This document shows positions 30,750-40,140 of a stretch of 64,000 nucleotides of DNA, piece by piece. Origin of the DNA: Pseudobdellovibrionaceae bacterium. Lineage in GTDB: Bacteria; Bdellovibrionota; Bdellovibrionia; Bdellovibrionales; Bdellovibrionaceae. The stretch spans positions 1 to 64,000 of the forward strand of contig JBDHWW010000001.1 in assembly GCA_039810425.1 (NCBI GenBank), written 5' to 3'. How positions within the stretch are numbered: position 1 is the first letter of the stretch; each line of letters begins with the position of its first letter. The notes beneath the pieces were generated by a model that searched no databases, was not told where the DNA came from, and saw only the letters and a program-made list of their open reading frames with translations. The translations under genes and the position numbers were made by a program.

Positions 30750-31763
30750 ATGAGAGTCGGTATTTTCGGCGGAAGTTTTAACCCACCACACATGGGCCAT
30801 ATCAATAGCCTTTTGACTGTGCAAAAAAAAGCAGGTCTCGATAAGATTCACGTTATTCCGGCTGCTCAGAATCCGTTGAAGGTTCCAGTTGCGGGCCCCA
30901 CGGATGAACAACGCCTACAACTCACGAAGCTGGCATTGAACACCTATGGCAAGCAGTTCTTTGTTGATGACCAAGAAATCAAACGGGGTGGGTTGAGCTA
31001 CACGATTGATACAGTTCGAAATCTTCGTAAAGATATTGATCCCGAAGACTTGTTTCTTATCATCGGTGCGGATCAATTCGAAGATTTCAGCCAATGGAAA
31101 GACCATCAAAAGATTCTCACTGAGGCCAACTTGATCGTGACGACTCGTCCAGGCTGGGACATCCCCAGTGAAGCTGACGAATTGCCCGAGTTTTTGAAAT
31201 CTCTTGTTGCTGAATACGATTTCAATTTCATCGAGCTCACAACGGGCCGGAACGTCCAGTTTATCCGCCTGCAAGACGTAGAAGTTTCTGCAACCGAGAT
31301 TCGTAAGCTTTTGCGCACAAGCCGTCCGGTTGAAAAAGTGTTGCCGTTATCAGTCGAAAACTATATCAAAGAGCACAAGCTTTATCGCCCTATCGGCGAA
31401 AAAGTCGGTGACTTCGAAAAGTTCACTGAGTTCTGCGGCCATGTTCTTTCTGAAAAGAAAGCCATCCAAGTTCGTGGATTTGATCTTACGATATTGTCCG
31501 CTCCGACAGAATACTCTTTGATCGCGTCTGGTACGAGCACTCGCCACGCGGTTTCTTTGGCTGAGAATGTTGTAGAAGCTGTGAAAGATGAATACAATGT
31601 TCTGCCACTCAGTGTGGAAGGGATTGAAGAGGGTCGTTGGGTTCTTGTAGACTACGGCTCTTTGATTGTTCATGTCTTTTATGATTTTGTCCGCCAAGAA
31701 TACTCTCTGGAAAAACTTTGGAAAGATGGCCGCGAATTGAGTCTTAAAGACGCCGCCCACTAG
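30750..31763 (+). CDS. nadD: Fusion of nicotinate-nucleotide adenylyltransferase NadD and ribosome silencing factor RsfS
   Basis: N-terminal GGSFNPPHMGH, SYTIDT, IGADQ, SATEIR; C-terminal EKKA...SGTSTRH...WVLVDYGSLIVHVF...YSLEKLW in one frame. Confidence 0.9.
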   Translation: MRVGIFGGSFNPPHMGHINSLLTVQKKAGLDKIHVIPAAQNPLKVPVAGPTDEQRLQLTKLALNTYGKQFFVDDQEIKRGGLSYTIDTVRNLRKDIDPEDLFLIIGADQFEDFSQWKDHQKILTEANLIVTTRPGWDIPSEADELPEFLKSLVAEYDFNFIELTTGRNVQFIRLQDVEVSATEIRKLLRTSRPVEKVLPLSVENYIKEHKLYRPIGEKVGDFEKFTEFCGHVLSEKKAIQVRGFDLTILSAPTEYSLIASGTSTRHAVSLAENVVEAVKDEYNVLPLSVEGIEEGRWVLVDYGSLIVHVFYDFVRQEYSLEKLWKDGRELSLKDAAH

Positions 31764-31766
31764 TCT

Positions 31767-32237
31767 ATGAAATTTGTGCTGTACAATCTTGCCACTGCTA
31801 AAGAGGCCTGGGCCGACGAGGCCGCAAGGCTGTACACGCAAAAGATTTCGCACTTTAATCCCTTTGAAATTCAAACTTTGAAGCCGAAAAAGTCGTCTCG
31901 CGACGACGCGGCCGTAAAAAAGAAGGAAGAATCCGAGCTGATTCTTTTTTCGTTGAGTCAAGATGACTATGTCGTCTTGTTCGATGAACGGGGTAGGTCT
32001 TTTAGCTCGATTGAGTTTTCCAAAAAAATCGAAGGCGTTCTTTCCAGCTCGAAGAAGCGTGCGGTATTTATTATTGGTGGCGCTTATGGTGTCTCTGATG
32101 AGGTTCGAAGCCGCGCTCAGCTTGTTGTGACACTTTCGCCGATGGTGATGAATCACTTGCTAGCACAAACTGTGGCGCTAGAACAAATCTATCGGGCATT
32201 TACCATTCTTAAAAACCTTCCCTATCATAACTCCTAG
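31767..32237 (+). CDS. rlmH: 23S rRNA (pseudouridine1915-N3)-methyltransferase RlmH
   Basis: SPOUT motifs FIIGGAYG, EQIYRAFTI, PYH; follows rsfS as usual. Confidence 0.93.
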   Translation: MKFVLYNLATAKEAWADEAARLYTQKISHFNPFEIQTLKPKKSSRDDAAVKKKEESELILFSLSQDDYVVLFDERGRSFSSIEFSKKIEGVLSSSKKRAVFIIGGAYGVSDEVRSRAQLVVTLSPMVMNHLLAQTVALEQIYRAFTILKNLPYHNS

Positions 32238-32239
32238 GA

Positions 32240-32256
32240 TAGGACCTTTTTTTGCT
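32240..32256 (+). promoter_or_regulatory. Sigma54 -24/-12-type motif upstream of comF
   Basis: TAGGACCTTTTTTTGCT with GG-N10-GC spacing. Confidence 0.45.
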
Positions 32257-32268
32257 TCAGACAGAAGC

Positions 32269-32958
32269 ATGGTTCTTAGTGATAAACTCCTTTGGTTTGG
32301 CCTGCGTGGTTGTCTGTATTGCGGATCTCTAGATCGTGGACCGGACGGGCTTTGTGCATTTTGCTCAGAGGACCTCTGGAGTTGGCAACAGCGCGACGGC
32401 AGGCTTTTTCACCAACGCATTCACAAACTTCCGGTCGAAGCCCTATTCAAATGGATACCTGGCAGGCAAGAGGTGCTTTCGAAGCTTATCCGTGCAATGA
32501 AAGGGGAGGGCGGGGAAAAACTTTGGCAGCACTATGCGGAGGAATTTCTTCGCAGGCATTGGGGCGACAACGCGTCTCAAAAGCAGTGCCTGTTAATTCC
32601 TGCGCCGTCACGGAGGGGCTCTGAAGATCACGCTTTTTACTTCGCTCAAGCGTTTGAGGCAGCGGGGGTTAGTTTCGAATTCTACAATTGTTTATCGAGA
32701 ACAGAGGTCGCCGGGTCCCAGAAAAAGCGCACGCGCTTGCAGCGTGAACGGACCACGATAGCGTGGGCTGAAAATTTTACACAGGCGGACTTCAACGCCA
32801 AATGTGCGGGAAAGCACGTTATATTCGTGGATGATGTCGTGACGACCGGATCGACGGTGCGGGCCGCGTGGCGTACGCTCGGGAGGCCTAGAGATTTTGC
32901 AGCCTGGGCCCTAGCACAGAGGGCCCTCTCTTGCGGAGCGTCCAAGGATTTGATATAA
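32269..32958 (+). CDS. comF: ComF family protein (zinc ribbon + phosphoribosyltransferase)
   Basis: CxxC...CxxC at the N-terminus, SQKKRTRLQR, VIFVDDVVTTGST. Confidence 0.85.
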   Translation: MVLSDKLLWFGLRGCLYCGSLDRGPDGLCAFCSEDLWSWQQRDGRLFHQRIHKLPVEALFKWIPGRQEVLSKLIRAMKGEGGEKLWQHYAEEFLRRHWGDNASQKQCLLIPAPSRRGSEDHAFYFAQAFEAAGVSFEFYNCLSRTEVAGSQKKRTRLQRERTTIAWAENFTQADFNAKCAGKHVIFVDDVVTTGSTVRAAWRTLGRPRDFAAWALAQRALSCGASKDLI

Positions 32959-32959
32959 G
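32931..32959 (+). promoter_or_regulatory. Sigma70-type promoter predicting leaderless lolA mRNA
   Basis: TTGCGG-17-TATAAG (with TGn extension)-6-ATG. Confidence 0.45.
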
Positions 32960-32965
32960 AACCAA

Positions 32966-33649
32966 ATGTCTAAACTCCCCATTTTACTCTCTGTTTTGGT
33001 GTCGCTTGGTATGGGCCCGTCTTATGCGGCCGTAGCAAAGAGCAAAGAGAAGAAGCCCGCCTCTGCGGTGTCCGTTCTCAAAGAAGTCAGCAAAAAATAT
33101 CGTAACAGCAAGCTTGTGAAAATCGAAGCAGACAAAAAAGTAACGTCGGAGCTTTTAGGCAAGACAACGAACTACGAAGGCGAGATCTATTTGTCGCAAG
33201 GAAAGTTCCGTTGGGAGAACGAAACTCCAGAGCAGACCCTGTTACTATTTGATGGCGAGACAATCTGGAACGTCCAGTATCCACCGAAGGATCTCGGTGG
33301 CCCGGTTCAAGTTGCAAAAGCTAAGCTGGATAAGAATACGAAGTCGCAAATCCTGATTGTAACTTTGATTGGTAAAGAGCCGATCGATAAAAACTTTAAG
33401 GTAATTAGCGAAAAATCTGACAAAGAAATTTTGAATGTTGAGCTACTGCCGTTGTCAGGCGATCTCCGCGTGAAGGGCCTGGTCCTGGATGTGGATCTGA
33501 AAACCAAACAGATCAAAAAGATCTCGTACAAGGATGATGTGGACAACACGACGGAAATCAGACTTAAGAAAACAGAATTCATTTCCAAAGAAAATAAAGA
33601 TCTCTTCAAATACAAAATTCCAAAAGACGCTCAGGTGACAAATCTATGA
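32966..33649 (+). CDS. lolA: Outer-membrane lipoprotein carrier LolA family protein
   Basis: Signal peptide; GKFRWENETPEQTLLLFDGETIW; C-terminal LFKYKIPKDA. Confidence 0.85.
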   Translation: MSKLPILLSVLVSLGMGPSYAAVAKSKEKKPASAVSVLKEVSKKYRNSKLVKIEADKKVTSELLGKTTNYEGEIYLSQGKFRWENETPEQTLLLFDGETIWNVQYPPKDLGGPVQVAKAKLDKNTKSQILIVTLIGKEPIDKNFKVISEKSDKEILNVELLPLSGDLRVKGLVLDVDLKTKQIKKISYKDDVDNTTEIRLKKTEFISKENKDLFKYKIPKDAQVTNL

Positions 33650-35019
33650 AGCAGGAAACTACAAATGGCACAAAAAAAGTTCACTTTATCAGTCTCGGTT
33701 GCCCGAAGAACCTCGTAGACTCTGAAATCATGGCCGGCACGCTTTTGAAGGATGGCTATGAAGTTGTGGGAGACCACGGCGACGCTGATACGGTTATCGT
33801 AAACACATGCGGTTTCATCGAAGACTCAAAAAAAGAATCCATCCAAAAGATTTTGGAAATGGGTGATCTCAAGAAGGCCGGTCAGTTAAAAAAGGTCGTT
33901 GTCGCTGGGTGCCTTACTCAGCGCTACAAAGATGACTTGGTTGAAGGTCTGCCGGAAGCCGATCTTTTTGTCGGTTCTGGTGAGTTTCAGAACATCGCAA
34001 AGATCTTGCGTAATAACGATGCGGGCGAAAAAAAGAAGACTTTCTTCAATCTTCCGACGTACTTGCAGGAGGAGAACACTCCACGCGTCAACTCTCAGCC
34101 GGGCCATCGCGCTTATTTGAAAATCTCTGAAGGTTGCATGAAGCGTTGTGCATTCTGCGCGATTCCTTTAATCCGCGGCAACTTACAATCTCGCACATTG
34201 GCGAACATAATGAATGAGGCGAAGCTGCTGGCGGCGGGTGGCGTTAAAGAGTTGATCATCATCAGTCACGACTTCACGGATTATGGTTGGGATCTTCGTC
34301 GTAAAAATCCGGAAGCAAAAGAAAGCCCTGTGGAGCTTTTGCGCGCCTTGACTGAGGTTGAAGGTGTCGAGTGGATTCGTCTTTTGTACCTCTACCCGGA
34401 TGGCATCACTCCTGAGATGATCGATCTCATCAAGAACAACAAGAAACTTGTGAAGTATTTCGATATGCCTTTGCAGCACGTGAACGACGAAGTTCTTAAG
34501 AAAATGAACCGTAAGATGACTCGTAAAGAAATCGAAGAAGCATTAAGAATTATCCGCACGGAAATTCCCGATGCCGTGATCCGCACGCAGTTCATCGTTG
34601 GTTTCCCTGGTGAAACGGAAGAACAATTCGAAGAGCTTCTGGAGTTCATCGCAGAACAACAGTTTGATCGCGTTGGTTGCTTCCAGTACTCTCCGGAAGA
34701 AAACACTCCCGGCGGAAAGATGGCGGACCAAGTTGACGATGAAACAAAACAAAAGCGCTTTGAGGCGGTGATGGAAGTTCAGCAGAACATCTCTCGCGAA
34801 AAGCATCGCGCGTTTATCGGTAAGACGGTGGAGGTTCTGGTAGAAGGTTTTTCTGAAGAGACTGATTTGCTCTTGCAAGGCCGTACTTCCCAGCAAGCTC
34901 CAGACATCGACGGCGTGGTTTTGATTAACGACGGTGAAGCGAAAGTCGGCGACTTGGTAAAGGTCCTCGTCACCGACAGCATGGAATACGACCTCATCGG
35001 CGAGATCGTACCTCAGTAA
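33646..35019 (+). CDS. rimO: Ribosomal protein S12 methylthiotransferase RimO
   Basis: SLGCPKNLVDSE, NTCGFI, YLKISEGCxxxCxFC, TRAM domain with QAPDIDG. Confidence 0.96.
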   Translation: MKQETTNGTKKVHFISLGCPKNLVDSEIMAGTLLKDGYEVVGDHGDADTVIVNTCGFIEDSKKESIQKILEMGDLKKAGQLKKVVVAGCLTQRYKDDLVEGLPEADLFVGSGEFQNIAKILRNNDAGEKKKTFFNLPTYLQEENTPRVNSQPGHRAYLKISEGCMKRCAFCAIPLIRGNLQSRTLANIMNEAKLLAAGGVKELIIISHDFTDYGWDLRRKNPEAKESPVELLRALTEVEGVEWIRLLYLYPDGITPEMIDLIKNNKKLVKYFDMPLQHVNDEVLKKMNRKMTRKEIEEALRIIRTEIPDAVIRTQFIVGFPGETEEQFEELLEFIAEQQFDRVGCFQYSPEENTPGGKMADQVDDETKQKRFEAVMEVQQNISREKHRAFIGKTVEVLVEGFSEETDLLLQGRTSQQAPDIDGVVLINDGEAKVGDLVKVLVTDSMEYDLIGEIVPQ

Positions 35020-36069
35020 TTAGTAGCCCGAACAGGCCTCGGAAGCGGTCTCGAACTGCTTCGTCCAGGAGGCCTCTTTGGTGTTTCTTAGGGCTGTGGT
35101 GGCTTTTCTAAAATGCACCGCAGTCTTATTGTCCAGCTTGCAAGCTTTTTTAAAAGCATCCAAAGCCAGATCATATTTGTGAATTTCAAATGCAGACTTT
35201 GCATAGCCTAACCAGCAGCGCGAAGATTTTGCATCAGCGATAGTGCAAGCACGATAGTACTTGCTGGCTTCGAGATAGTTCTTCTGTGTCTCGATTAGAT
35301 TTGCGTATGTGTATTGGGCGAGCTCGGACTTGGAGTGGGCATCTGCCGCCGATCTAAGGGTCTTCTTAGCCACGTCGGTGTCGCCGGCATTGAGCTGAGT
35401 CAAACCTAAATTAACGAGGTTGTCGGCGATTTTAGGGTCCTTCTGAATTGCCTCCTTACAGTCGGATAGTGCTTGGTCTTCTTGGTTGTCTTTGGTGTTT
35501 ATGTCGCAGAGCTTTGTAAGAAATTCTGCCTTACGGCCGATGTTCAAGAGCATGTCTTGATACAAAATGCGAAGCTCGTAACTGTTCTTCTTTTTCTCAT
35601 ACATTTCCGCCAACTTTTCATAGGCAGGCTGATACTTTGGATTGATCTCGAGAGAGGTTTTCAAAGCCTCTAGCGCGTCGCTATCTTTCTTATTCATCAT
35701 GAGGTAAGCGCTGCCAGAGAGGTAGAGGGCCTCGTAGTCTTTTGGATTTTTGCCGATCAAAATGTTTGTGACCTTCAGAAGACTATTAGGCTCTTTCTTT
35801 TTCTCGTGAGCCACGGCTAGAAGCAGGAGCCCTTTTCTCTCGAGCCTTTCAATATTTTTCCATAATAAATCGGTCACCTTGTCGTACTCGCCCTTCTTAA
35901 AAGCCGCTTCGGCCGTCGCCAACAATTGCGCGTCTGAAAGCGCTGCCGGAGTCTCCGCCCGGCCTGGGCTTTTGGCGGGATCCTCAGCCTGCGCTGTGAT
36001 TTGAATTGAGACGACGACCGCAACAAAGGCTAGCCTTATCAAGCTTTTGTAAACTAGAGGTGTGTTCAT
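35020..36069 (-). CDS. Secreted tetratricopeptide-repeat protein
   Basis: Signal peptide ending AQA; multiple TPR-like repeats; several Cys. Confidence 0.82.
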   Translation of the reverse strand: MNTPLVYKSLIRLAFVAVVVSIQITAQAEDPAKSPGRAETPAALSDAQLLATAEAAFKKGEYDKVTDLLWKNIERLERKGLLLLAVAHEKKKEPNSLLKVTNILIGKNPKDYEALYLSGSAYLMMNKKDSDALEALKTSLEINPKYQPAYEKLAEMYEKKKNSYELRILYQDMLLNIGRKAEFLTKLCDINTKDNQEDQALSDCKEAIQKDPKIADNLVNLGLTQLNAGDTDVAKKTLRSAADAHSKSELAQYTYANLIETQKNYLEASKYYRACTIADAKSSRCWLGYAKSAFEIHKYDLALDAFKKACKLDNKTAVHFRKATTALRNTKEASWTKQFETASEACSGY

Positions 36070-36088
36070 ATGATATATTATTACCTAA

Positions 36089-36955
36089 ATGGCCCTTTCA
36101 GACATAGTGCAGAAATTTAAAAAGCGGTCCAGATTATTCCATAGCCGAGGGCAGGCTCTGGTGGAATATGTTCTTATTCTCGTGGTCACGGTCTCGATTC
36201 TCTTGGCGCTCATTTATCAGGTCTTTCGCCCCTTTCAGAGCTTCGTTAAAGGCTATATGGGCGATTATGTTGCATGCTTGTTGGAGACCGGGGAGCTGCC
36301 AAGTTTAGGCAACTCAGATTCGGAAGCGCTTTTGTCCGACGAAGGTTGCGATTCCAAATTCGATGCGGCCACTTTGGCGGGCGGAAGGCCCTCTAAGTCC
36401 GACTCCGAAGGCACGAGCGCGGCTACAAAGTCTGACCCCAGCAGTCAGGATGGATCCAGCAGCGACGGCGGAAATGGAGGCGGCGGCGCTTCACCTTCTT
36501 CTGCAACAAACTCACGGAATAATCTCTTGATTGCATCGATGAAAAAGAAAACAGCTACCGAATCCGGTAGCGGTGCAAATAGTAAAGTGACCGATATTCC
36601 AATTGATAACGGAAGTAAGTTTTATAATCGTCAGGATTCCTATTCCCAAGGTGGTGTTTTAAAAGATGGGAAACACACGTCTGTGCCGATCACTGGACTT
36701 TCTGATGAAGAGAAAAAGAAAAAAGCACGCCAAGAAGGCGCTCAGAGAACGGTTGCGAGCGGTGATAATCTCAGTGGACCCGCCAAGAAAACTTCTGTGA
36801 AACCGCCACCCCCGAAAGTGATGCAGGAAGCGGAAGATGAGCCAATGACCTTTGGTAATTTCTTCAGATTTTTATTAATCGCAGCGATTGTAATCGCCAT
36901 CGTCGTTGTGCTTGGATCACAGGCACTTCGAATCGCAAAGAGTCAGGAAAAATAG
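36089..36955 (+). CDS. TadE/Flp pseudopilin-like protein with low-complexity linker and C-terminal TM helix
   Basis: Class III signal RG/QALVEY (Glu at +5) plus hydrophobic helix; Ser/Gly-rich middle; hydrophobic C-terminal segment. Confidence 0.75.
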   Translation: MALSDIVQKFKKRSRLFHSRGQALVEYVLILVVTVSILLALIYQVFRPFQSFVKGYMGDYVACLLETGELPSLGNSDSEALLSDEGCDSKFDAATLAGGRPSKSDSEGTSAATKSDPSSQDGSSSDGGNGGGGASPSSATNSRNNLLIASMKKKTATESGSGANSKVTDIPIDNGSKFYNRQDSYSQGGVLKDGKHTSVPITGLSDEEKKKKARQEGAQRTVASGDNLSGPAKKTSVKPPPPKVMQEAEDEPMTFGNFFRFLLIAAIVIAIVVVLGSQALRIAKSQEK

Positions 36956-37107
36956 GCTCAACACACTGCAAGCATAATTGTTTTCCGGTGCTTCGGAAAT
37001 TTCTTCACGCGACATCTGAACTTGTCTGTAATTTTCGATATTGATTGCATGGTAAAACTGTTTGTTACATATCACTAGTTCTGCAAGACAATCCGGGGGG
37101 AAAATCG

Positions 37108-37515
37108 GTGGAGAATGTGATTGAGATCAATCGCAAAAAAGTATTTACGCATCATGAGGTGTCGCAACTTCTCCCGCTGGTTTACCGCTTAACCGAAGAA
37201 GCACAACAAGAAGTCCGCAAGATCATCAATTTTATTGACGCTCGCACAGATAAAAAATGCCGTGAGGTCCATGAGCTTGAAGCACGACTCAACGAAATTG
37301 TCACTCGTTGGCAAATTAAGATCGAAAAACTAGGTGGGGAGCCAAAAGGCCTCTGGCTTGCTGACTTTGACAGCGGAGATGGGTACTTTTGCTGGAAGTT
37401 CCCGGAAACTGAAATTAATTATTGGCATGGCTACCAAGATGGATTCACCGGGCGTATACTGATCAAAGAGAAAAGCAGGCCCGAACAATATGAGAATAGC
37501 AATAGCTCAAATTAA
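37108..37515 (+). CDS. DUF2203 family protein
   Basis: FTHHEVSQLLP...KGLWLADF...YFCWKFPETEINYWHGYQDGFTGR; GTG start chosen, uncertain. Confidence 0.8.
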   Translation: MENVIEINRKKVFTHHEVSQLLPLVYRLTEEAQQEVRKIINFIDARTDKKCREVHELEARLNEIVTRWQIKIEKLGGEPKGLWLADFDSGDGYFCWKFPETEINYWHGYQDGFTGRILIKEKSRPEQYENSNSSN

Positions 37516-39112
37516 TCCGACTCTTGGTGATTTCGCTTACAACTACGAAAAGATCATAGAATTTATCAAACGCGCGGAAGAGAAAGATTGCGAAATGGTC
37601 GTCTTTCCGGAGTGCGCGCTTTTTGGTTACCACCCCTATGACCTCCTAGAGCGTACAAAAGTAGTTCTAGAACAGGAAAAATTTCTTCAGAGAATTCACA
37701 AGCAAATCCCAAAAGGAATGGGAGTTTTTGTCGGCGGCTTTACCCGCAATCCGGTGAAACTCGGGCGCCCTTACTTTAATTCTGCGGCCTTTATGGTGAA
37801 GGGTGAAAAGATCAAGGTCTTCAATAAGCATCTGCTACCGACCGGTGATGTTTTTGACGAGGCACGCTTCATCCAGCCGGGCTCGATGAAGAACAACTAT
37901 CTGACATTTAAGGGCAAACGCTTCTTCGTGACGATTTGCGAAGATATCTGGGCTTGGCCGAACGCTAAAGGCCATTCACCGTATGTTAAAAACCCAATCA
38001 AAGAAGTACCGAAGAAAAAAGTCGATATGGTGATCAACTTGAGCGCTTCTCCATTCTTTCCGGGAAAGCTCAAACAGCGTGAGTATGTGGCACTCAAGAC
38101 GGCGCAGCACTTTAAGGCTCCGATCTTATATGCAAACCTTGTGGGCGCACAGGATGAGGTTATCTATGATGGAGCTAGTTTCGTATTGAGCCCCCAAGGC
38201 AAAGCGCTGATGCGCTGCCTTGAATTCGAAGAAGATCTCAATGTGATGAATCTCGAGACTTTGCAGGCATGGTCGCATTCCGAAATGATCAAAGGGCCCG
38301 AGATTCTTCGTAAGGCCTTGGTTTTGGGCATGCGTGATTTCTGCCGCAAGATTGGCATTCAGAAAATCCATATGGGTTTGAGCGGCGGCATTGATTCCGC
38401 CGTGGCGGCGTGCTTAGCGGTTGAAGCCCTGGGTCCGGGAAATGTTTCTGCCGTCGCAATGCCGGGACCGTTCAGTGCGGCGAAGAGCTTGAAGCTTGCC
38501 GAAAAGCTTGCGAAGAATCTGATGATTCAGCTGACGACGGTTTCTATTAACGACGCTTATCAGACCATCGTGAAGGATCTCGAGAAGTCTTGGAACTTGA
38601 AAGAGTTCGGCGTGACTCAGGAAAACATTCAGGCGCGTTTGCGAGGGATGATACTGATGGCATTTTCGAACAAAGAAAACTCGCTTCTTATTACAACAAG
38701 CAACAAGAGCGAGTATGCAGCTGGTTATTCGACGATGTACGGTGATATGTGCGGTGGTTTGGCTCCGTTGGGCGATTTGACAAAAAGACAAGTTTATCAA
38801 TTAGCCGCTCTTTACAATGCGCAAGCTGAGGTCATTCCACAAGAAATCATTGACCGCGCACCCAGCGCAGAACTTCGCCCAAATCAAAAGGATCAAGATA
38901 CGTTGCCACCCTATGACGAATTGGATGCGGCCGTAGTTAACCTCGTAGAGCGCTCAGCAACGGCTAAAACAAAAGCTGAAAAGTGGTTGTTACCGGTGAT
39001 TATGCGTACGGAGTTTAAACGTTGGCAGGCCCCGCCGATTTTGAAAGTCTCTGAGCACTCCTTCGGTCGCGGCCGTCGCTGGCCAATTGCGCATAGGGCG
39101 AAAGAGGCATAA
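37490..39112 (+). CDS. nadE: Glutamine-dependent NAD+ synthetase
   Basis: Nitrilase domain (FPE, K, ICEDIW) plus GLSGGIDS, ENIQARLR, SNKSE, PSAELRPNQKDQD. Confidence 0.95.
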   Translation: MRIAIAQINPTLGDFAYNYEKIIEFIKRAEEKDCEMVVFPECALFGYHPYDLLERTKVVLEQEKFLQRIHKQIPKGMGVFVGGFTRNPVKLGRPYFNSAAFMVKGEKIKVFNKHLLPTGDVFDEARFIQPGSMKNNYLTFKGKRFFVTICEDIWAWPNAKGHSPYVKNPIKEVPKKKVDMVINLSASPFFPGKLKQREYVALKTAQHFKAPILYANLVGAQDEVIYDGASFVLSPQGKALMRCLEFEEDLNVMNLETLQAWSHSEMIKGPEILRKALVLGMRDFCRKIGIQKIHMGLSGGIDSAVAACLAVEALGPGNVSAVAMPGPFSAAKSLKLAEKLAKNLMIQLTTVSINDAYQTIVKDLEKSWNLKEFGVTQENIQARLRGMILMAFSNKENSLLITTSNKSEYAAGYSTMYGDMCGGLAPLGDLTKRQVYQLAALYNAQAEVIPQEIIDRAPSAELRPNQKDQDTLPPYDELDAAVVNLVERSATAKTKAEKWLLPVIMRTEFKRWQAPPILKVSEHSFGRGRRWPIAHRAKEA

Positions 39113-39138
39113 AAAAAGGCACCGAACGGGTGCCTTTT
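39111..39138. terminator. Bidirectional terminator between nadE and the exonuclease gene
   Basis: AAAAGGCACC-GAACG-GGTGCCTTTT. Confidence 0.85.
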
Positions 39139-39175
39139 CAATTTAGTGCGATTTTAATTTTTTTTGTCAACAGAG

Positions 39176-39796
39176 TTAAAGTAAACCGCCGAAAAGGTCC
39201 ATTTGCTTTGGTTGTCTGACGATTTGCGGAAAGCGGAGTTCCGGCTTGCCAGTCAACGCCACTAAGTTTGCGACTTGAGGAGCTTGGCCGGCCACGGAAA
39301 TCCTCTTAACCATATGGAAGAAAAGCTGACCACAATACGAAGCGTCCTCTTCCGCTCTATGGAATTCCGTGTTTGGGATTTTTAAGTACTGTACCAAGGT
39401 TCCTAACTTGTAGTTCGGAAGACCTGGGAAGACTTTTCTTGCGATGGGTAGAGTATCCAAGATCACACCCTTCGGTGCGAGGGCTTCATGCTTCTTAATA
39501 TCTGCTGTCAAGAACTGAGAATCGAAAGGAGCATTGTGTGCCACCAGCATGTCATCACCGCAGAACTCCGCAAATGATGGCAGTACGGACTCAATCAACG
39601 GTTTTCCGTTAACCATATCGTCAAAGATACCATTGACCTTTGAAGCTCCCGCAGGAATGGGACGGCGGGGATCCACGAGGGTTGCAAATATGGCCTCAGG
39701 CGCACCATTCACGAAGCGCACGGCTCCGATCTCAACGATTTGATCAACACCAGGAACTGTACCAGTAGTTTCTAAGTCAAAAGCTATGAATCTCAT
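39176..39796 (-). CDS. DEDDh 3'-5' exonuclease (DnaQ/PolC-exo-like)
   Basis: FDLETTG, VAHNAPFD, HRAEED; start at ATG 39796. Confidence 0.9.
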   Translation of the reverse strand: MRFIAFDLETTGTVPGVDQIVEIGAVRFVNGAPEAIFATLVDPRRPIPAGASKVNGIFDDMVNGKPLIESVLPSFAEFCGDDMLVAHNAPFDSQFLTADIKKHEALAPKGVILDTLPIARKVFPGLPNYKLGTLVQYLKIPNTEFHRAEEDASYCGQLFFHMVKRISVAGQAPQVANLVALTGKPELRFPQIVRQPKQMDLFGGLL

Positions 39797-39819
39797 GAAA
39801 TCATTGATACATATTTGGG

Positions 39820-40122
39820 ATGCCGATTTCAATAAAGTTTCTGCCAGAAAATAGGCTTGTCGATGCGAGTCAAGATGAGAGTATTCTTGAAGCGGCTCTG
39901 CGTGTAGGCCTAGAAATTTCACATAGTTGCGGGGGCAACGGTACCTGCGGAACCTGCCGGGTTTGGGTTCGTGAGGGCTTAGGCGCCATGCCAGCGCGCA
40001 ATGAAGTAGAGCAGGAGATGGCAGATGAACGCGGTTTTAAGCCCCAGGAACGCCTCTGTTGCCAAAATCTGCCCATTCCGGGGCTTGTGTTAGAAATTCC
40101 GCTCAATAATTTCGAAGAGTAG
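39820..40122 (+). CDS. 2Fe-2S ferredoxin
   Basis: CGGNGTCGTC...RLCCQ. Confidence 0.9.
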   Translation: MPISIKFLPENRLVDASQDESILEAALRVGLEISHSCGGNGTCGTCRVWVREGLGAMPARNEVEQEMADERGFKPQERLCCQNLPIPGLVLEIPLNNFEE

Positions 40123-40140
40123 AAAGTGTATCTAAATAAA

